DNA of 35,889 nt from Desulfovibrio sp. (lineage in GTDB: Bacteria; Desulfobacterota; Desulfovibrionia; Desulfovibrionales; Desulfovibrionaceae). Position numbers and translations under genes: made by a program. Of this stretch, positions 9,388-19,126 are shown in pieces. Location of the stretch: the NCBI GenBank assembly GCA_009773975.1, contig VSMX01000001.1, positions 1 through 35,889 on the forward strand, in the 5' to 3' direction. Positions within the stretch are counted from its first letter, which is position 1. Every line of letters starts with the position of its first letter. The notes under the pieces were generated by a model. The model saw nothing but the letters and a program-made list of their open reading frames with translations, was not told where the DNA came from and did not search any database.

Positions 9388-9566
9388 TCCACGTACCGCC
9401 TTTCGGATGGCAGATTGTCCTGATTCTCGCGAATTGTCGCGGCCACAACCCGGAAAACGACGGGAAAAATTTCCGCGAAATTGCCTGGCGAGACGGTGCG
9501 CGTCTCGATAAACTTGGCGGTAAGCTCCTTGGCGACTTGCAGGGCTTCCTTGCTATCCTTGTCCAT
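9384..9566 (-). CDS. Small 60-aa protein resembling the MucR/Ros N-terminal domain
   Basis: ATG start; stop overlaps the ubiE ORF start; amphipathic helix-turn-helix ALQVAKELTAKFIETRTVSPGNFAEIFPVVFRVV. Confidence 0.7.
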   Translation of the reverse strand: MDKDSKEALQVAKELTAKFIETRTVSPGNFAEIFPVVFRVVAATIRENQDNLPSERRYVD

Positions 9567-9583
9567 ATAATAATTTGGCTATT

Positions 9584-9625
9584 AAAAACCCGCCGGTGGG
9601 GAATGGCCGGCCAACCCACAGCGGG
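9584..9625 (-). terminator. Intrinsic-terminator-like hairpin about 18 nt upstream of the 60-aa gene
   Basis: Minus strand CCCGCTGTGGG-loop-CCCACCGGCGGG followed by TTTTT. Confidence 0.55.
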
Positions 9626-9688
9626 CAAGCTGCCTTGGCGGGTAAAAGAACGGAAACGGCCAGCCCCCGCCCTTTTTGTTTTGCCGCC

Positions 9689-9717
9689 AAATTAGCTTTG
9701 CAGGGGAATGTTGTCAA
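9689..9717 (-). promoter_or_regulatory. Sigma70-type promoter
   Basis: TTGACA-17 nt-TAATTT on minus strand. Confidence 0.55.
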
Positions 9718-9752
9718 ATGACAGCTTTTGCCCGGCAATGCAAATATCATCC

Positions 9753-10604
9753 TCAATCCTCCGCCTGGGGGGCGAAGTAGTTGGCGCCAAAGTTGAGCCC
9801 GAGCACGAAGAAGGCGGCAAAGACCGCTGTGGCGCTGCAAAGCAGGGGCGGGGCGGAGAGGGAGAGGCGCATCAGCAATGTGCCCGCCACGAAGCCGGAA
9901 TTGCGGAAAACCGCGTAATAGCAGGGCATATAGCGTTGGGCAATCAGCACCATGGCTATATCCGCAAAAATCAGCACAGTATAGATTGTCTCGAAAAAAT
10001 GCACCTCGTGCCCTGTAAAGGTCAGCCAGATGTCATAGACGCCAATGCCAATGAAGGTGGCCAGCAAAAACATGGCCACAAGCTTTTTGGACGACACATA
10101 GCGCGCTATGGCCTCGGTTGTCATTTTGGCATGCCAGCGCCGGTTGTAGCGCCGGTAAACCCCGAGGCAGAGAAAGACAATAAGCGCGGCTGTGCCGGAG
10201 GCCGCTATTTCGACAAGCTGCATGATATTGTCCATGCCTATATAAACTGGCTCCGGCAAGAACGACAGCACCTTGAAGGCATTGCGCAGCAAGATAAGGG
10301 TCAGGATTTCGAACTGCTTGCCCATCGAGCTTGAAAGCGAGGTGGGCAGCACAAAGATCAGGCTGATTACCTCGATGCCGAGGATGAGCGTAAAAGCAAG
10401 CTCAATGGCGAAAAAATGGATTGGGCTGAATTTCGGCGCCCAGTCCGGGAAAATGCCCAGCCTGTATCCTTCCGCAAAAACCAGGGTAAAAAGATAAATC
10501 CAGAGCAGGCCAAGGCCGATGCCGCGCTCGGTGCGGGGATTTTCCCATATATGGTGCAATATGTCGTATAGCCTTACAAGGCCCGGAAACCAGGCTCCCG
10601 GCAT
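9753..10604 (-). CDS. Multi-pass membrane protein of unknown function
   Basis: 283 aa, about 8 hydrophobic segments, AGGAG RBS. Confidence 0.8.
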   Translation of the reverse strand: MPGAWFPGLVRLYDILHHIWENPRTERGIGLGLLWIYLFTLVFAEGYRLGIFPDWAPKFSPIHFFAIELAFTLILGIEVISLIFVLPTSLSSSMGKQFEILTLILLRNAFKVLSFLPEPVYIGMDNIMQLVEIAASGTAALIVFLCLGVYRRYNRRWHAKMTTEAIARYVSSKKLVAMFLLATFIGIGVYDIWLTFTGHEVHFFETIYTVLIFADIAMVLIAQRYMPCYYAVFRNSGFVAGTLLMRLSLSAPPLLCSATAVFAAFFVLGLNFGANYFAPQAED

Positions 10605-10824
10605 AAACTTACTCCTGTAGCAATATTATTTGGCAAATACTGCCGTCAGCAATCACCGGCAGCATCATCAGTCACATTTCCCCTCTTTTTTGCGGGGCCG
10701 TCAAAAAAGCCCAATTTTCGGCTTTTTGTCAAGGCCGCGATTTGTCTGGAATCTTCCCGATCCGTCATGCAGGCGCATTCAGCATCCTGAATCATCAGGG
10801 CGTTCGCGTAATTGATATTTCCGT

Positions 10825-10890
10825 AAAGTTTTTTGAGGAAGGGGTGGTTTGGGGAGGGGGAGAAGCTTTTTGCAAAATGCTCCTCCCCCA
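10825..10890. repeat. Extragenic palindromic (REP-like) element
   Basis: AAAGTTTTTTGAGG lead-in, then GGGGGAGAAGC-T-TTTTGCAAAA-TGCTCCTCCCCC imperfect palindrome downstream of yitT. Confidence 0.5.
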
Positions 10891-10910
10891 ACAATAACCT
10901 GGCTGCCAGT

Positions 10911-11774
10911 TCAGTAATTCTGCCGCGCGAACTGGCCGCCGCTGACATAGAAGGTGTTTTCGACGACAAAAAGGGCGTTTGGATCGATGGAGCAGACCAG
11001 GGTTTCAAGGCGCCTGAGGGCCACGTTATTGGTTACGGTAAGCAGGATTTCGCGGTCGGTGCCGGAATACGCGCCCTTGCCGCGCAGCAGGGTTACGCCG
11101 AATTTCTCGCTGGCCAGGATGGCCTCGCCGATTTCCTCGCCGCGGTCGGAGATGATGAGCACAAGCTTGCGGCGGTTGAACATGCCCAGGACGTATTCCA
11201 GGGTATGGGAGGAAATGAAGACCATGATCATGGAGGCCACGATCATGTCGAGGGAGAGGCGGAAGGCGCCGCAGAGGAAGAGGGCCGCGTTGAAGAGGAA
11301 GTTGAACTGGCCGATTGGAATGTTCCAGCGCTGCTTGAGCAGGATGGCGATGATATCCGTGCCGCCGGAACTGCCCAGGGTGCGGAGCATCATGCCGCAG
11401 CCCGCGCCATGCAGCACTCCGCCGACTATGGCCGCGTAGATTTCGTTTTCGATGGGAATTTCAAAGTTGATGAAATAGCTCATCGCGACGGTGATGAAGG
11501 TGCCGTAAATTGTATAGAGCAGAAAACGGCGCCCGACCAGAAACCAGCCCGCAATATAGACTGGAACGCAGAGCGCGGCATAGAGCACAAGAGGCGGCAT
11601 TCCGTGCCAGATATAGGTCAGCAGCAGGGAAAGGCCCATTATGCCGCCGGCCAGGAAATCATGGGGAGCGGCGACGCATTGCACGCAGATTGTCATCAGC
11701 GTTGCGCCAACTGTAAGCAAAAGCAAATTCCAGGGTATGGAATTGGCCAGCTTGCGATTGTATTTTTGCAGCAT
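10911..11774 (-). CDS. YitT family membrane protein (DUF161 + DUF2179)
   Basis: GGIMGL, GSSGGTDIIA, GVTLLRGKGAYSG, IDPNALFVV. Confidence 0.9.
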   Translation of the reverse strand: MLQKYNRKLANSIPWNLLLLTVGATLMTICVQCVAAPHDFLAGGIMGLSLLLTYIWHGMPPLVLYAALCVPVYIAGWFLVGRRFLLYTIYGTFITVAMSYFINFEIPIENEIYAAIVGGVLHGAGCGMMLRTLGSSGGTDIIAILLKQRWNIPIGQFNFLFNAALFLCGAFRLSLDMIVASMIMVFISSHTLEYVLGMFNRRKLVLIISDRGEEIGEAILASEKFGVTLLRGKGAYSGTDREILLTVTNNVALRRLETLVCSIDPNALFVVENTFYVSGGQFARQNY

Positions 11775-11775
11775 A

Positions 11776-12573
11776 TCAGATCAGGTCCCAGGCCATTTTC
11801 AGGGCCACAAACAGCAGGAAGACGGCGAAGACGCGCTTGAGCTTTTTTGTTGGCAGGGCGTGGGAAAGCCTGACGCCAAGGGGCGCGGTGATCCAGCTCG
11901 CGCCCGCAATGCCCAGAAGCGCCCAAAGGTGCACAAAGCCCAGGGTCATTGGCGGCAGATCTGGCCGCCCCCAGCCGCCGACAATGTAGCCAAGGGCGCC
12001 GGCCACGGCAATGGGAAAGCCGATTGCGGCCGAAGTGCCGACGGCCTTGTGGATATCAATGCCGCAAAAGCTCATGAAGGGCACGGAAAGCGAGCCGCCG
12101 CCAATGCCGACAAAGCTGGAAACCATGCCGATAACGCCGCCAGCCGAGGCCGTGCCAAGCGCGCCGGGCATGTGGCGGCTGGCCGGGGGCCGGTAGTTGG
12201 CGAACATCTGGCAGGAAATCGCGATCAGAAAGCAGATAAAGAAAATCTTGAGGAACATTGTGGGCAGATGGGTGGCGATCAGGCCGCCCGCAAAGGTGCC
12301 AACCAGGATTCCGGGAGTTATGCGCATGAAGATATCCCAGTTCACCGCGCCGCGTTTGTGATGGGCGCGGGCGCTGGCAACGGAAGTGAACATGATGCTG
12401 GCCAGGGATGTGCCGAGGGCCAGCTGTTGGCAGTACTGCGCCGGGACTCCGTCGTATGGAAAAACGGCCAGGAGCATGGGCACGATGACCGTGCCGCCGC
12501 CCACGCCGAGCAGCCCGGCCAAAACCCCGACTATGGCGCCGCAACATAAAAAGATCAGCAAAGAAATCAGCAT
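11776..12573 (-). CDS. TauE/SafE sulfite-exporter family permease
   Basis: Duplicated GLLGVGGG..VP / FVGIGGG..VP and ALGTS / AVGTS motifs; GGAGG RBS. Confidence 0.9.
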   Translation of the reverse strand: MLISLLIFLCCGAIVGVLAGLLGVGGGTVIVPMLLAVFPYDGVPAQYCQQLALGTSLASIMFTSVASARAHHKRGAVNWDIFMRITPGILVGTFAGGLIATHLPTMFLKIFFICFLIAISCQMFANYRPPASRHMPGALGTASAGGVIGMVSSFVGIGGGSLSVPFMSFCGIDIHKAVGTSAAIGFPIAVAGALGYIVGGWGRPDLPPMTLGFVHLWALLGIAGASWITAPLGVRLSHALPTKKLKRVFAVFLLFVALKMAWDLI

Positions 12574-12666
12574 CACTTTCCTCCGTGTGCAAATATTGTC
12601 TGACCGTCAATATTGGATTGCCGAAAAATTAATCGACTGAACAGGCATCGTCAACCGGCTTTTTGC

Positions 12667-12695
12667 TTTACAATGAGGCTTGCGAAATTTATGCT
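12667..12695 (+). promoter_or_regulatory. Sigma70-type promoter for pyrBC
   Basis: TTTACA-17 nt-TATGCT. Confidence 0.55.
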
Positions 12696-12701
12696 TGATT
12701 T

Positions 12702-12773
12702 ATGCGAAGTGAAAAACCAGACACATGCCGAAAAATCCAGTCCGCCCCATGCGGGCAATACCCCGTTTTATAA
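12702..12773 (+). other. Candidate 23-codon leader ORF (MRSEKPDTCRKIQSAPCGQYPVL)
   Basis: ATG 6 nt after the -10 box; TAA at the loop/3' arm junction of the terminator hairpin. Confidence 0.3.
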
Positions 12774-12786
12774 CGGGGTTTTTTTT
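12760..12786 (+). terminator. Intrinsic terminator (attenuator candidate) in the pyrB leader
   Basis: ACCCCGTT-TTAT-AACGGGGT followed by 7 T, ending 23 nt before the pyrB ATG. Confidence 0.75.
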
Positions 12787-12809
12787 GGCTGGCGCATGGA
12801 GAGCAACAG

Positions 12810-13766
12810 ATGCAGGACAACAACTACAACTGGGTCCACAAGGATCTGCTGGATGTAACGCAGTTGAGCCGCGAGGATGTGATCTGCATCCTGGATATCG
12901 CCAAAAGCTTTGATGAAATCAACAGGCGGCCGGTGAAAAAGGCTCCGACCCTCAAGGGCAAGACAGTGGTGCTGTTTTTTGCCGAAAACAGCACGCGCAC
13001 GAAAACATCCTTTGATGTGGCCGGCAAGCGCCTTTCGGCCGATACCTTTGCCCTTTCCACTTCCGGCTCGAGCATCAACAAGGGCGAAACCCTCAAGGAC
13101 ACGGGCCTGACCCTTGAGGCCATGCATCCCGATATTATTGTCATCCGCCACCAGAGCAGCGGCGCGGCCCAGTTTCTGGCCGAACGTCTGAGCTGCGGCG
13201 TTGTCAACGCCGGCGATGGCTGGCATGCCCATCCAACCCAGGCCCTGCTGGACTGCTATGCCCTGCGGGAAGCCTGGAACGGAGACTTTGCCGGCAAGAC
13301 GCTGCTGATTTTGGGCGATATTGCCCATTCGCGCGTTGCCCGCTCCAACGTGCATCTCTTGCGGCTCATGGGCGTAAATGTGCGGCTTTGCGCGCCGCGC
13401 ACGCTCCTGCCGGCTGGCGTCGGGCACTGGCCCTGCGAGATTGAAAACGACCTGGATCGGGCCTGCAGGGATGTGGATGCCGTAATGTGCCTGCGGCTGC
13501 AGCTTGAACGCCAGCAGGCCGGGCTTCTGCCGGATCTTTCGGAGTATGCCCGCCGTTACTGCCTGGATCACAAACACCTGCGGCTTGCGCTGCCAGGCGC
13601 CAGGGTTCTGCATCCCGGGCCGATGAACCGCGGGCTTGAAATTGCCGATGCCGTGGCGGACGACCCGAATTGCCTTGTGCTGCGCCAGGTGGCGGCGGGC
13701 GTTGCCGTGCGCATGGCTGTCCTTTATCTTCTGGGCATGCATGGAGGTTGCAATGCTGAGGATTGA
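12810..13766 (+). CDS. pyrB: Aspartate carbamoyltransferase catalytic subunit
   Basis: [52 protein letters not shown]. Confidence 0.97.
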   Translation: MQDNNYNWVHKDLLDVTQLSREDVICILDIAKSFDEINRRPVKKAPTLKGKTVVLFFAENSTRTKTSFDVAGKRLSADTFALSTSGSSINKGETLKDTGLTLEAMHPDIIVIRHQSSGAAQFLAERLSCGVVNAGDGWHAHPTQALLDCYALREAWNGDFAGKTLLILGDIAHSRVARSNVHLLRLMGVNVRLCAPRTLLPAGVGHWPCEIENDLDRACRDVDAVMCLRLQLERQQAGLLPDLSEYARRYCLDHKHLRLALPGARVLHPGPMNRGLEIADAVADDPNCLVLRQVAAGVAVRMAVLYLLGMHGGCNAED

Positions 13767-15012
13767 AAACGCGCTCCACCTTGGCGCGCCCGTGGATTTG
13801 CTGGTTGACGGCGCGAAAATAGCGGCCATGACCCCGGCTGGCCATTGCAGCCGGCCCGAAAACTGCGAGGTTTTCAATGCCAACGGCCTGATGCTGCTGC
13901 CCAGCTTTACCGACGCCCATACCCACATGCGCGAACCTGGCCAGGAATACAAGGAAGACATTGCCTCCGGCCTTTCCGCTGCCCTGCATGGCGGTTTTGG
14001 GGCCGTAATGTGCATGGCCAATACCAAACCGGTCAATGACGGGGCGGCTGTAACCGCCCTGATGCTCGAAAAGGCCAAAAAAGCCTGGCCCGACGGCCCG
14101 CGCCTCTACCCTGTGGCGGCGGCAAGCGTCGCTCTGGAGGGCAAGGACATGGCGCCTCTTGCGGAATTGAGGGAAGCGGGCTGCGTGGCCGTGTCCAACG
14201 ATGGCCGGCCGCTCGCCAATGCGGAGCTAGTGCGCCGCATCATGGAGTACGCGGCCGATCTGGGCATGATTTTCATTGATCACTGCGAAGATCCCGATCT
14301 GGCCAGGGGCTGGATAATGCACGAAGGCGGCATGTCGGGCATGCTGGGCCTGAAGGGCCAGCCCGGCACGGGAGAGGCCCTGCAGGCGGCGCGGGATGTG
14401 ATGCTGGCCGAATACCTCAACCTGCCCGTCCACATTGCCCATGTTTCGGCCGTCGAAACCCTGCGGGTCATCGAATGGGGCAAAAGCCGCGGCGTAAAGG
14501 TCACAGCCGAAACCTGCCCGCATTATCTTTTGCTTACCGACGCTGCCCTGGCCGACTACAACAACCAGGCCAGGGTCAGCCCCCCGCTGCGCGGCGCGGC
14601 CGACCGCGACGCCCTGCGCAAGGCGGTCAAGGATGGCCTGATCGACATCCTGGTAACAGATCATGCCCCGCATGCGGCCCATGAAAAAGACGACACTCTC
14701 GACAAAATTCCCTGCGGCTTTACGGGGCTGGATCTGGCCCTTTCCCTTACCTGGGGCCTTGTGCTGGATGGCGCGCTGGCGGAATCCGATCTGCACCGGT
14801 TATGGTCGCGCCGCCCGGGGGAGATATTCTCGCTGCCCCGCAATGAATTCAATCCTGGCGATCCCGCCGATTTCTTCCTGTTCGACCCGGAAGAGGAGTG
14901 GATGGTGAAACCGGGCAATCTCCGCTCCAAAAGCTGCAATACGCCATTTATCGGCAGCAATATGCACGGCCGCGTCAAGCATCACTGGATAGGCGGCAAA
15001 AAATTGTTATAG
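13753..15012 (+). CDS. pyrC: Dihydroorotase
   Basis: [37 protein letters not shown] before ATG 13753, overlapping the pyrB end. Confidence 0.95.
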   Translation: MLRIENALHLGAPVDLLVDGAKIAAMTPAGHCSRPENCEVFNANGLMLLPSFTDAHTHMREPGQEYKEDIASGLSAALHGGFGAVMCMANTKPVNDGAAVTALMLEKAKKAWPDGPRLYPVAAASVALEGKDMAPLAELREAGCVAVSNDGRPLANAELVRRIMEYAADLGMIFIDHCEDPDLARGWIMHEGGMSGMLGLKGQPGTGEALQAARDVMLAEYLNLPVHIAHVSAVETLRVIEWGKSRGVKVTAETCPHYLLLTDAALADYNNQARVSPPLRGAADRDALRKAVKDGLIDILVTDHAPHAAHEKDDTLDKIPCGFTGLDLALSLTWGLVLDGALAESDLHRLWSRRPGEIFSLPRNEFNPGDPADFFLFDPEEEWMVKPGNLRSKSCNTPFIGSNMHGRVKHHWIGGKKLL

Positions 15013-15056
15013 CATTTTGAAATAATCAATAAACCACATAAATATGGAGGCGTGCC

Positions 15057-15896
15057 GTGTTATTGCGCCAACCTGTCGCGCATGGACGTTTTTATCCCGG
15101 CAGGCCGGATGATCTGGCCAGGGAAACCAGCGAATACCTTGCCGCCTGCGCCCCGGCGGAAAAAGATTCAAGAAAGCCCTGGGCGGTGATGCTGCCGCAT
15201 GCGGGCTATATATTTTGCGGCAATATAATTGGCAAAACCCTGGCCGGAACCGAACTTGCCCCAAGGCTGGTTGTGCTCTGCCCCAACCATACCGGCCGCG
15301 GCCAGGTGCTTGGCGTGTGGCCGTCGGGAGCATGGCTTGACCCGTGCGGCACGGTGGCTGTGGACGAGAACCTGGCAGCACAGCTCATCCGGAGCGGCGG
15401 GGGCTTTACAGCCGATACCAATTCGCACCTTCTCGAGCATTCGATCGAGGTTATCCTGCCCTTTCTGCAGGCAGCGGAAGGCGCGAAGCTGCGGGGCATT
15501 GTGCCTGTAACGGTTGGAACGCAAAATCCGCAATTCCTCCAGCATGCGGGCAAGGCTCTCGCAAGGGTGCTGGCCCTGCCGGAAAACGCGGATGCAGGAG
15601 TGGTCGTCAGTTCGGACATGAACCACTATGAAAGCGAAAAGCGCACTCTGGAAAAAGACAATATGGCGCTGGAATCCGCCCTGGCGGCCGACCCCGATAC
15701 CTTGCTGGAAACGGTTGCCAGGGAGGAAATAAGCATGTGCGGAGCTGGCCCCCTCGCCCTTGCGCTCTATGCCGGCCAGGCTTTGGGCAAGCTTGACGTT
15801 GACCTCGTTGCCCACGACACATCGGCAAGGGCTTCCGGCGATACCGAACATACGGTAGGCTATGCCGGCCTGCGGCTTTACCTGGACAGAATTTAA
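15057..15896 (+). CDS. amrB: AmmeMemoRadiSam system protein B (Memo family)
   Basis: RQPVAHGRFYP, PHAGYIFCG, PNHTG, EHSIEV..PFLQ, SSDMNHY, SMCG, VGYA; GGAGG + GTG. Confidence 0.9.
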   Translation: MLLRQPVAHGRFYPGRPDDLARETSEYLAACAPAEKDSRKPWAVMLPHAGYIFCGNIIGKTLAGTELAPRLVVLCPNHTGRGQVLGVWPSGAWLDPCGTVAVDENLAAQLIRSGGGFTADTNSHLLEHSIEVILPFLQAAEGAKLRGIVPVTVGTQNPQFLQHAGKALARVLALPENADAGVVVSSDMNHYESEKRTLEKDNMALESALAADPDTLLETVAREEISMCGAGPLALALYAGQALGKLDVDLVAHDTSARASGDTEHTVGYAGLRLYLDRI

Positions 15897-16084
15897 CAAG
15901 GCTTTCCGCGCCGGGGGGAATTACCCTTCCCGCGGCATCGCGTAATTCCTGGCGCAGCCTGGCCACACCTTGCCAGGCTCCCTTTTTCCGGGGCTTGAAA
16001 AGCGATATCGCAAACATGGCCACGAGCATGCTGGTCTGCAAAAGCGAAAGCCGGAAATCGCATCCGTCCGAAATGAGGTTCAAC

Positions 16085-17605
16085 ATGGAAAATTTTACAG
16101 AAGGTTATGTGACCGCATTCCCCTATACCTTTGGATATTATCCGGAACTCAACCCTGCGCGGGCCTTGCTGCCCATTTTGCGCCACGGCTTTGCCGTTCC
16201 CCAATTTAAAACAGCATGCGAGCTGGGTTTTGGCCAGGGCATATCCATAAACATTCACGCGGCCGCCTCCGAAACAGAATGGTGGGGCACGGACTTCAAT
16301 CCCTCCCAGGCGGCGTTTGCCAGGCACCTGGCCCGGGCATCCGGCGCCAATATCCATCTGTGCGACGAGCCATTCGCGGAATTCTGCCTGCGCGATGACC
16401 TGCCCATGTTCGACTTTATCGGCATTCACGGCATCTGGAGCTGGATAAATGACGCCAACAGGAAAGCCATTGTCGAACTTCTCAAAAACAGGCTGGCCGT
16501 GGGCGGAATCCTCTATATCAGCTATAATTGCCATCCCGGCTGGGCTCCAATGGTGCCGGTTCGCGAACTGCTGGAATTATACGGGGCGCGCTGCGGCAAA
16601 AGCCTGGAAAACGGCATTGGGGAAGCGCTGGAATACGCGTCCAGGCTTGTTGATCTTGACGCGCTTTACATGAAATCGCAACCCGGCCTCCAGAAGCGCC
16701 TCGATAATCTCAAAAACCAGAACCGGGCCTATCTTGCCCATGAATATTTCAATAAAAGCTGGGATGTGATGAGCTTTGCCAAAATGGCCGAATGGCTGGC
16801 TCCCGCCATGCTCGATTATGTGTGCCAGGCCAGTTACCTGGACAATGTGAACATCCTGAACCTGAGCAGCGAGCAGCAGGCTCTGCTTGACGGCATTGAC
16901 GACATTCCCCTGCGGGAAACAACGCGCGATTTCATCCGCAATACGCAATTTAGGCGCGATTACTGGATCAAGGGCAAAATGGCCCTGCCGGCCTTCGAGC
17001 TTCGCGAGACAATTCTCTCACTTAAATTCATCATGCTGGCCCAAAGGGACGCCATTGAGCTGAAGGCCAGGGGCTCAAGAGCCGAGGCCAATCTGGACCC
17101 CGGCATCTATACACCCATCCTCAACGCCTTTGCCGACCACAAGGCGCACAAGCTTTCGGAATTCGCCCATACCATGCATGAGGCCAACATCAGCTTTCCG
17201 CAGCTTCTGGAAGCGATTACCATTCTCTGCGGCAAGAACGCGCTTGCGCCGGTCAACGACATCAACCGCAATATTTTCGATCATTGCAAACGCCTTGACG
17301 GCCTGATTGAAAACTGGGCCCGATCCTCGTCCGATATCGGCTTCCTGGCCAGCCCGCTCACTGGCGGCGGCATCCAGACAGACCGTTTCAAGCAGCTTTT
17401 CCTGCTGGCCAGGCGACTGGGCTTCAGGCTGCCAAAGGACTGGGCGCAATTCGCCTGGGACCAGCTCGCCGCAGTCAACCAGAAAATCATCAAGGATGGC
17501 GTTCCCCTCGAATCGCCAGAAGAAAACCTGGCCGAACTCAATATCCGGGCCGACGACTTCGCCGGCCCCCAATTGTCCATACTCGAAAAACTGGGAATTA
17601 ATTGA
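16085..17605 (+). CDS. Class I SAM-dependent methyltransferase with methyltransferase-regulatory domain
   Basis: ELGFGQG motif I, HGIWSWI, YISYN..PGW, AYLAHEYFN..W, NTQFRRDYW; GAGG before ATG 16085. Confidence 0.85.
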   Translation: MENFTEGYVTAFPYTFGYYPELNPARALLPILRHGFAVPQFKTACELGFGQGISINIHAAASETEWWGTDFNPSQAAFARHLARASGANIHLCDEPFAEFCLRDDLPMFDFIGIHGIWSWINDANRKAIVELLKNRLAVGGILYISYNCHPGWAPMVPVRELLELYGARCGKSLENGIGEALEYASRLVDLDALYMKSQPGLQKRLDNLKNQNRAYLAHEYFNKSWDVMSFAKMAEWLAPAMLDYVCQASYLDNVNILNLSSEQQALLDGIDDIPLRETTRDFIRNTQFRRDYWIKGKMALPAFELRETILSLKFIMLAQRDAIELKARGSRAEANLDPGIYTPILNAFADHKAHKLSEFAHTMHEANISFPQLLEAITILCGKNALAPVNDINRNIFDHCKRLDGLIENWARSSSDIGFLASPLTGGGIQTDRFKQLFLLARRLGFRLPKDWAQFAWDQLAAVNQKIIKDGVPLESPEENLAELNIRADDFAGPQLSILEKLGIN

Positions 17606-17805
17606 TGGATAATAACCGGGAAGAAACATTATCCGTCTGGTCGGACGACATTGTGTTCCGCAATGTGAGCATAGGGGATCATTATGTAAAAAGACTGGCC
17701 GAACTGCCCGCGGTCCTTGCCCAGGCCCGCCTCATGGAATTGGGCCGCCAGGGCGGATCCATGCTGAGGGATGCACGGCGCAGGTTTCATCATGGCACTG
17801 GATAA
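17605..17805 (+). pseudogene. Short ORF or decayed gene translationally coupled to the methyltransferase
   Basis: TGATG overlap with the upstream stop; 66 aa; frame stays open after the single TAA. Confidence 0.3.
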
Positions 17806-17991
17806 TCATTCTGCGCAGACGCCGGATATCGGAACCTGCCGTGGATCCATGGCAAACCGTTTTCTTCCCGCTCCCGGACATCCCCTGTCCTTCTCCAGCA
17901 AAATTCCTTGATTTTAAACCGAACGCGTGCCACAAGAAATTTGCGGCGCGCTTGTTGGCGACAAAGAGAGGACGGCAAGGAAAGGACAATA

Positions 17992-19122
17992 ATGCTGGAG
18001 TATGTGCCATATATGCGCAAGGCCATAGAACTGGCCAGGCGCGGACAATTCAGGACCTGCCCCAATCCCATGGTCGGCGCGGTATTGCTGCGCGATGACA
18101 AAATCGTGGCTGAGGGCTGGCACAAGGGCTTTGGCCAGCCCCATGCGGAAGTGGACTGCCTGCGGGACGCGGCCGGAAAAGGCGTGGACCCCAAAGGGGC
18201 CACCATGGTCGTAACCCTGGAGCCCTGCCGGCACAAGGGCAAGACGCCGCCATGCGTCGAAGCCTTGCTGGACGCCGGAATCGGGCGCCTTGTTTACGGT
18301 TTGCCAGACCCAAATCCACAGGCTGCCGGCGGCGCGGCCTGGCTCATGGAGCGTGGCGTGGAAGTTGTGGGGCCAGTTGACGAAGAGGCATGCCGGGACC
18401 TGGCTGCCGATTTTATTGTCTGGCAAACCACGAACCGCCCCTACATTTTGCTCAAGCTGGCCTCCACCCTCGATGGCCGCATTGCCACGCGCAATGGCAA
18501 ATCCCGCTGGATAAGCAACAATGATTCCCGGGTGCGCGTGCAGGAAATCAGGGCCGGCATCGGCAAGTGCCACGGCGCGATATTTATCGGCGGCGGCACA
18601 TTCCGGGCCGATAATCCCATGCTCACCGCGCGCGGCGATGATGCGGCCGACCAGCCCCTGGCCTGCATCCTGACTTCCCGCCTGCCCAGACCGGACGCGG
18701 ATTTTCATCTTTTAAGGGAGAGGCCGCAGCAAACCGTCTTTTTCGCCTCCCCCGCGGCCACGGCCTCGACAACGGCGGAAGCCCTGCGCCAAATGGGCGT
18801 GAGGGTCTTTGCCCTTGGGCCCGATGCGGGCGGCGGCCCGGACTTTGCCGGCATGTTCGCGACAATGCGCAGGGAACTCGGCTGCCCGTACGTTCTTTGC
18901 GAAGGCGGCGGCAAGCTTGCCCTGGCCATGCTGCAAGCCGGCTTTGTCGATGAATTTCATCTGCATTACGCCCCGCTTGTTCTTGGCGATGAGGAGGCCA
19001 GGCCGCTTTTTCGCGGGGCCGCGCCATTAAGCCTGGACGAGGCCCTGCACATGCGGATCTGCTCGGTTGGCCTCTGCTCGGGCGATGCCCATCTGCTCAT
19101 GCGCCCGCTGGACAAAGCCTGA
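17992..19122 (+). CDS. ribD: Riboflavin biosynthesis deaminase/reductase
   Basis: PNPMVGAV, PHAEV, TLEPCRH.GKTPPC, KLASTLDGRIA..SRWI, EGGG. Confidence 0.96.
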   Translation: MLEYVPYMRKAIELARRGQFRTCPNPMVGAVLLRDDKIVAEGWHKGFGQPHAEVDCLRDAAGKGVDPKGATMVVTLEPCRHKGKTPPCVEALLDAGIGRLVYGLPDPNPQAAGGAAWLMERGVEVVGPVDEEACRDLAADFIVWQTTNRPYILLKLASTLDGRIATRNGKSRWISNNDSRVRVQEIRAGIGKCHGAIFIGGGTFRADNPMLTARGDDAADQPLACILTSRLPRPDADFHLLRERPQQTVFFASPAATASTTAEALRQMGVRVFALGPDAGGGPDFAGMFATMRRELGCPYVLCEGGGKLALAMLQAGFVDEFHLHYAPLVLGDEEARPLFRGAAPLSLDEALHMRICSVGLCSGDAHLLMRPLDKA

Positions 19123-19126
19123 ACCC

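Noticed and set aside
17806..17991. FMN riboswitch upstream of ribD
   Set aside because: RFN consensus (AGGGCGGGGTGAAATTCCC...) not present
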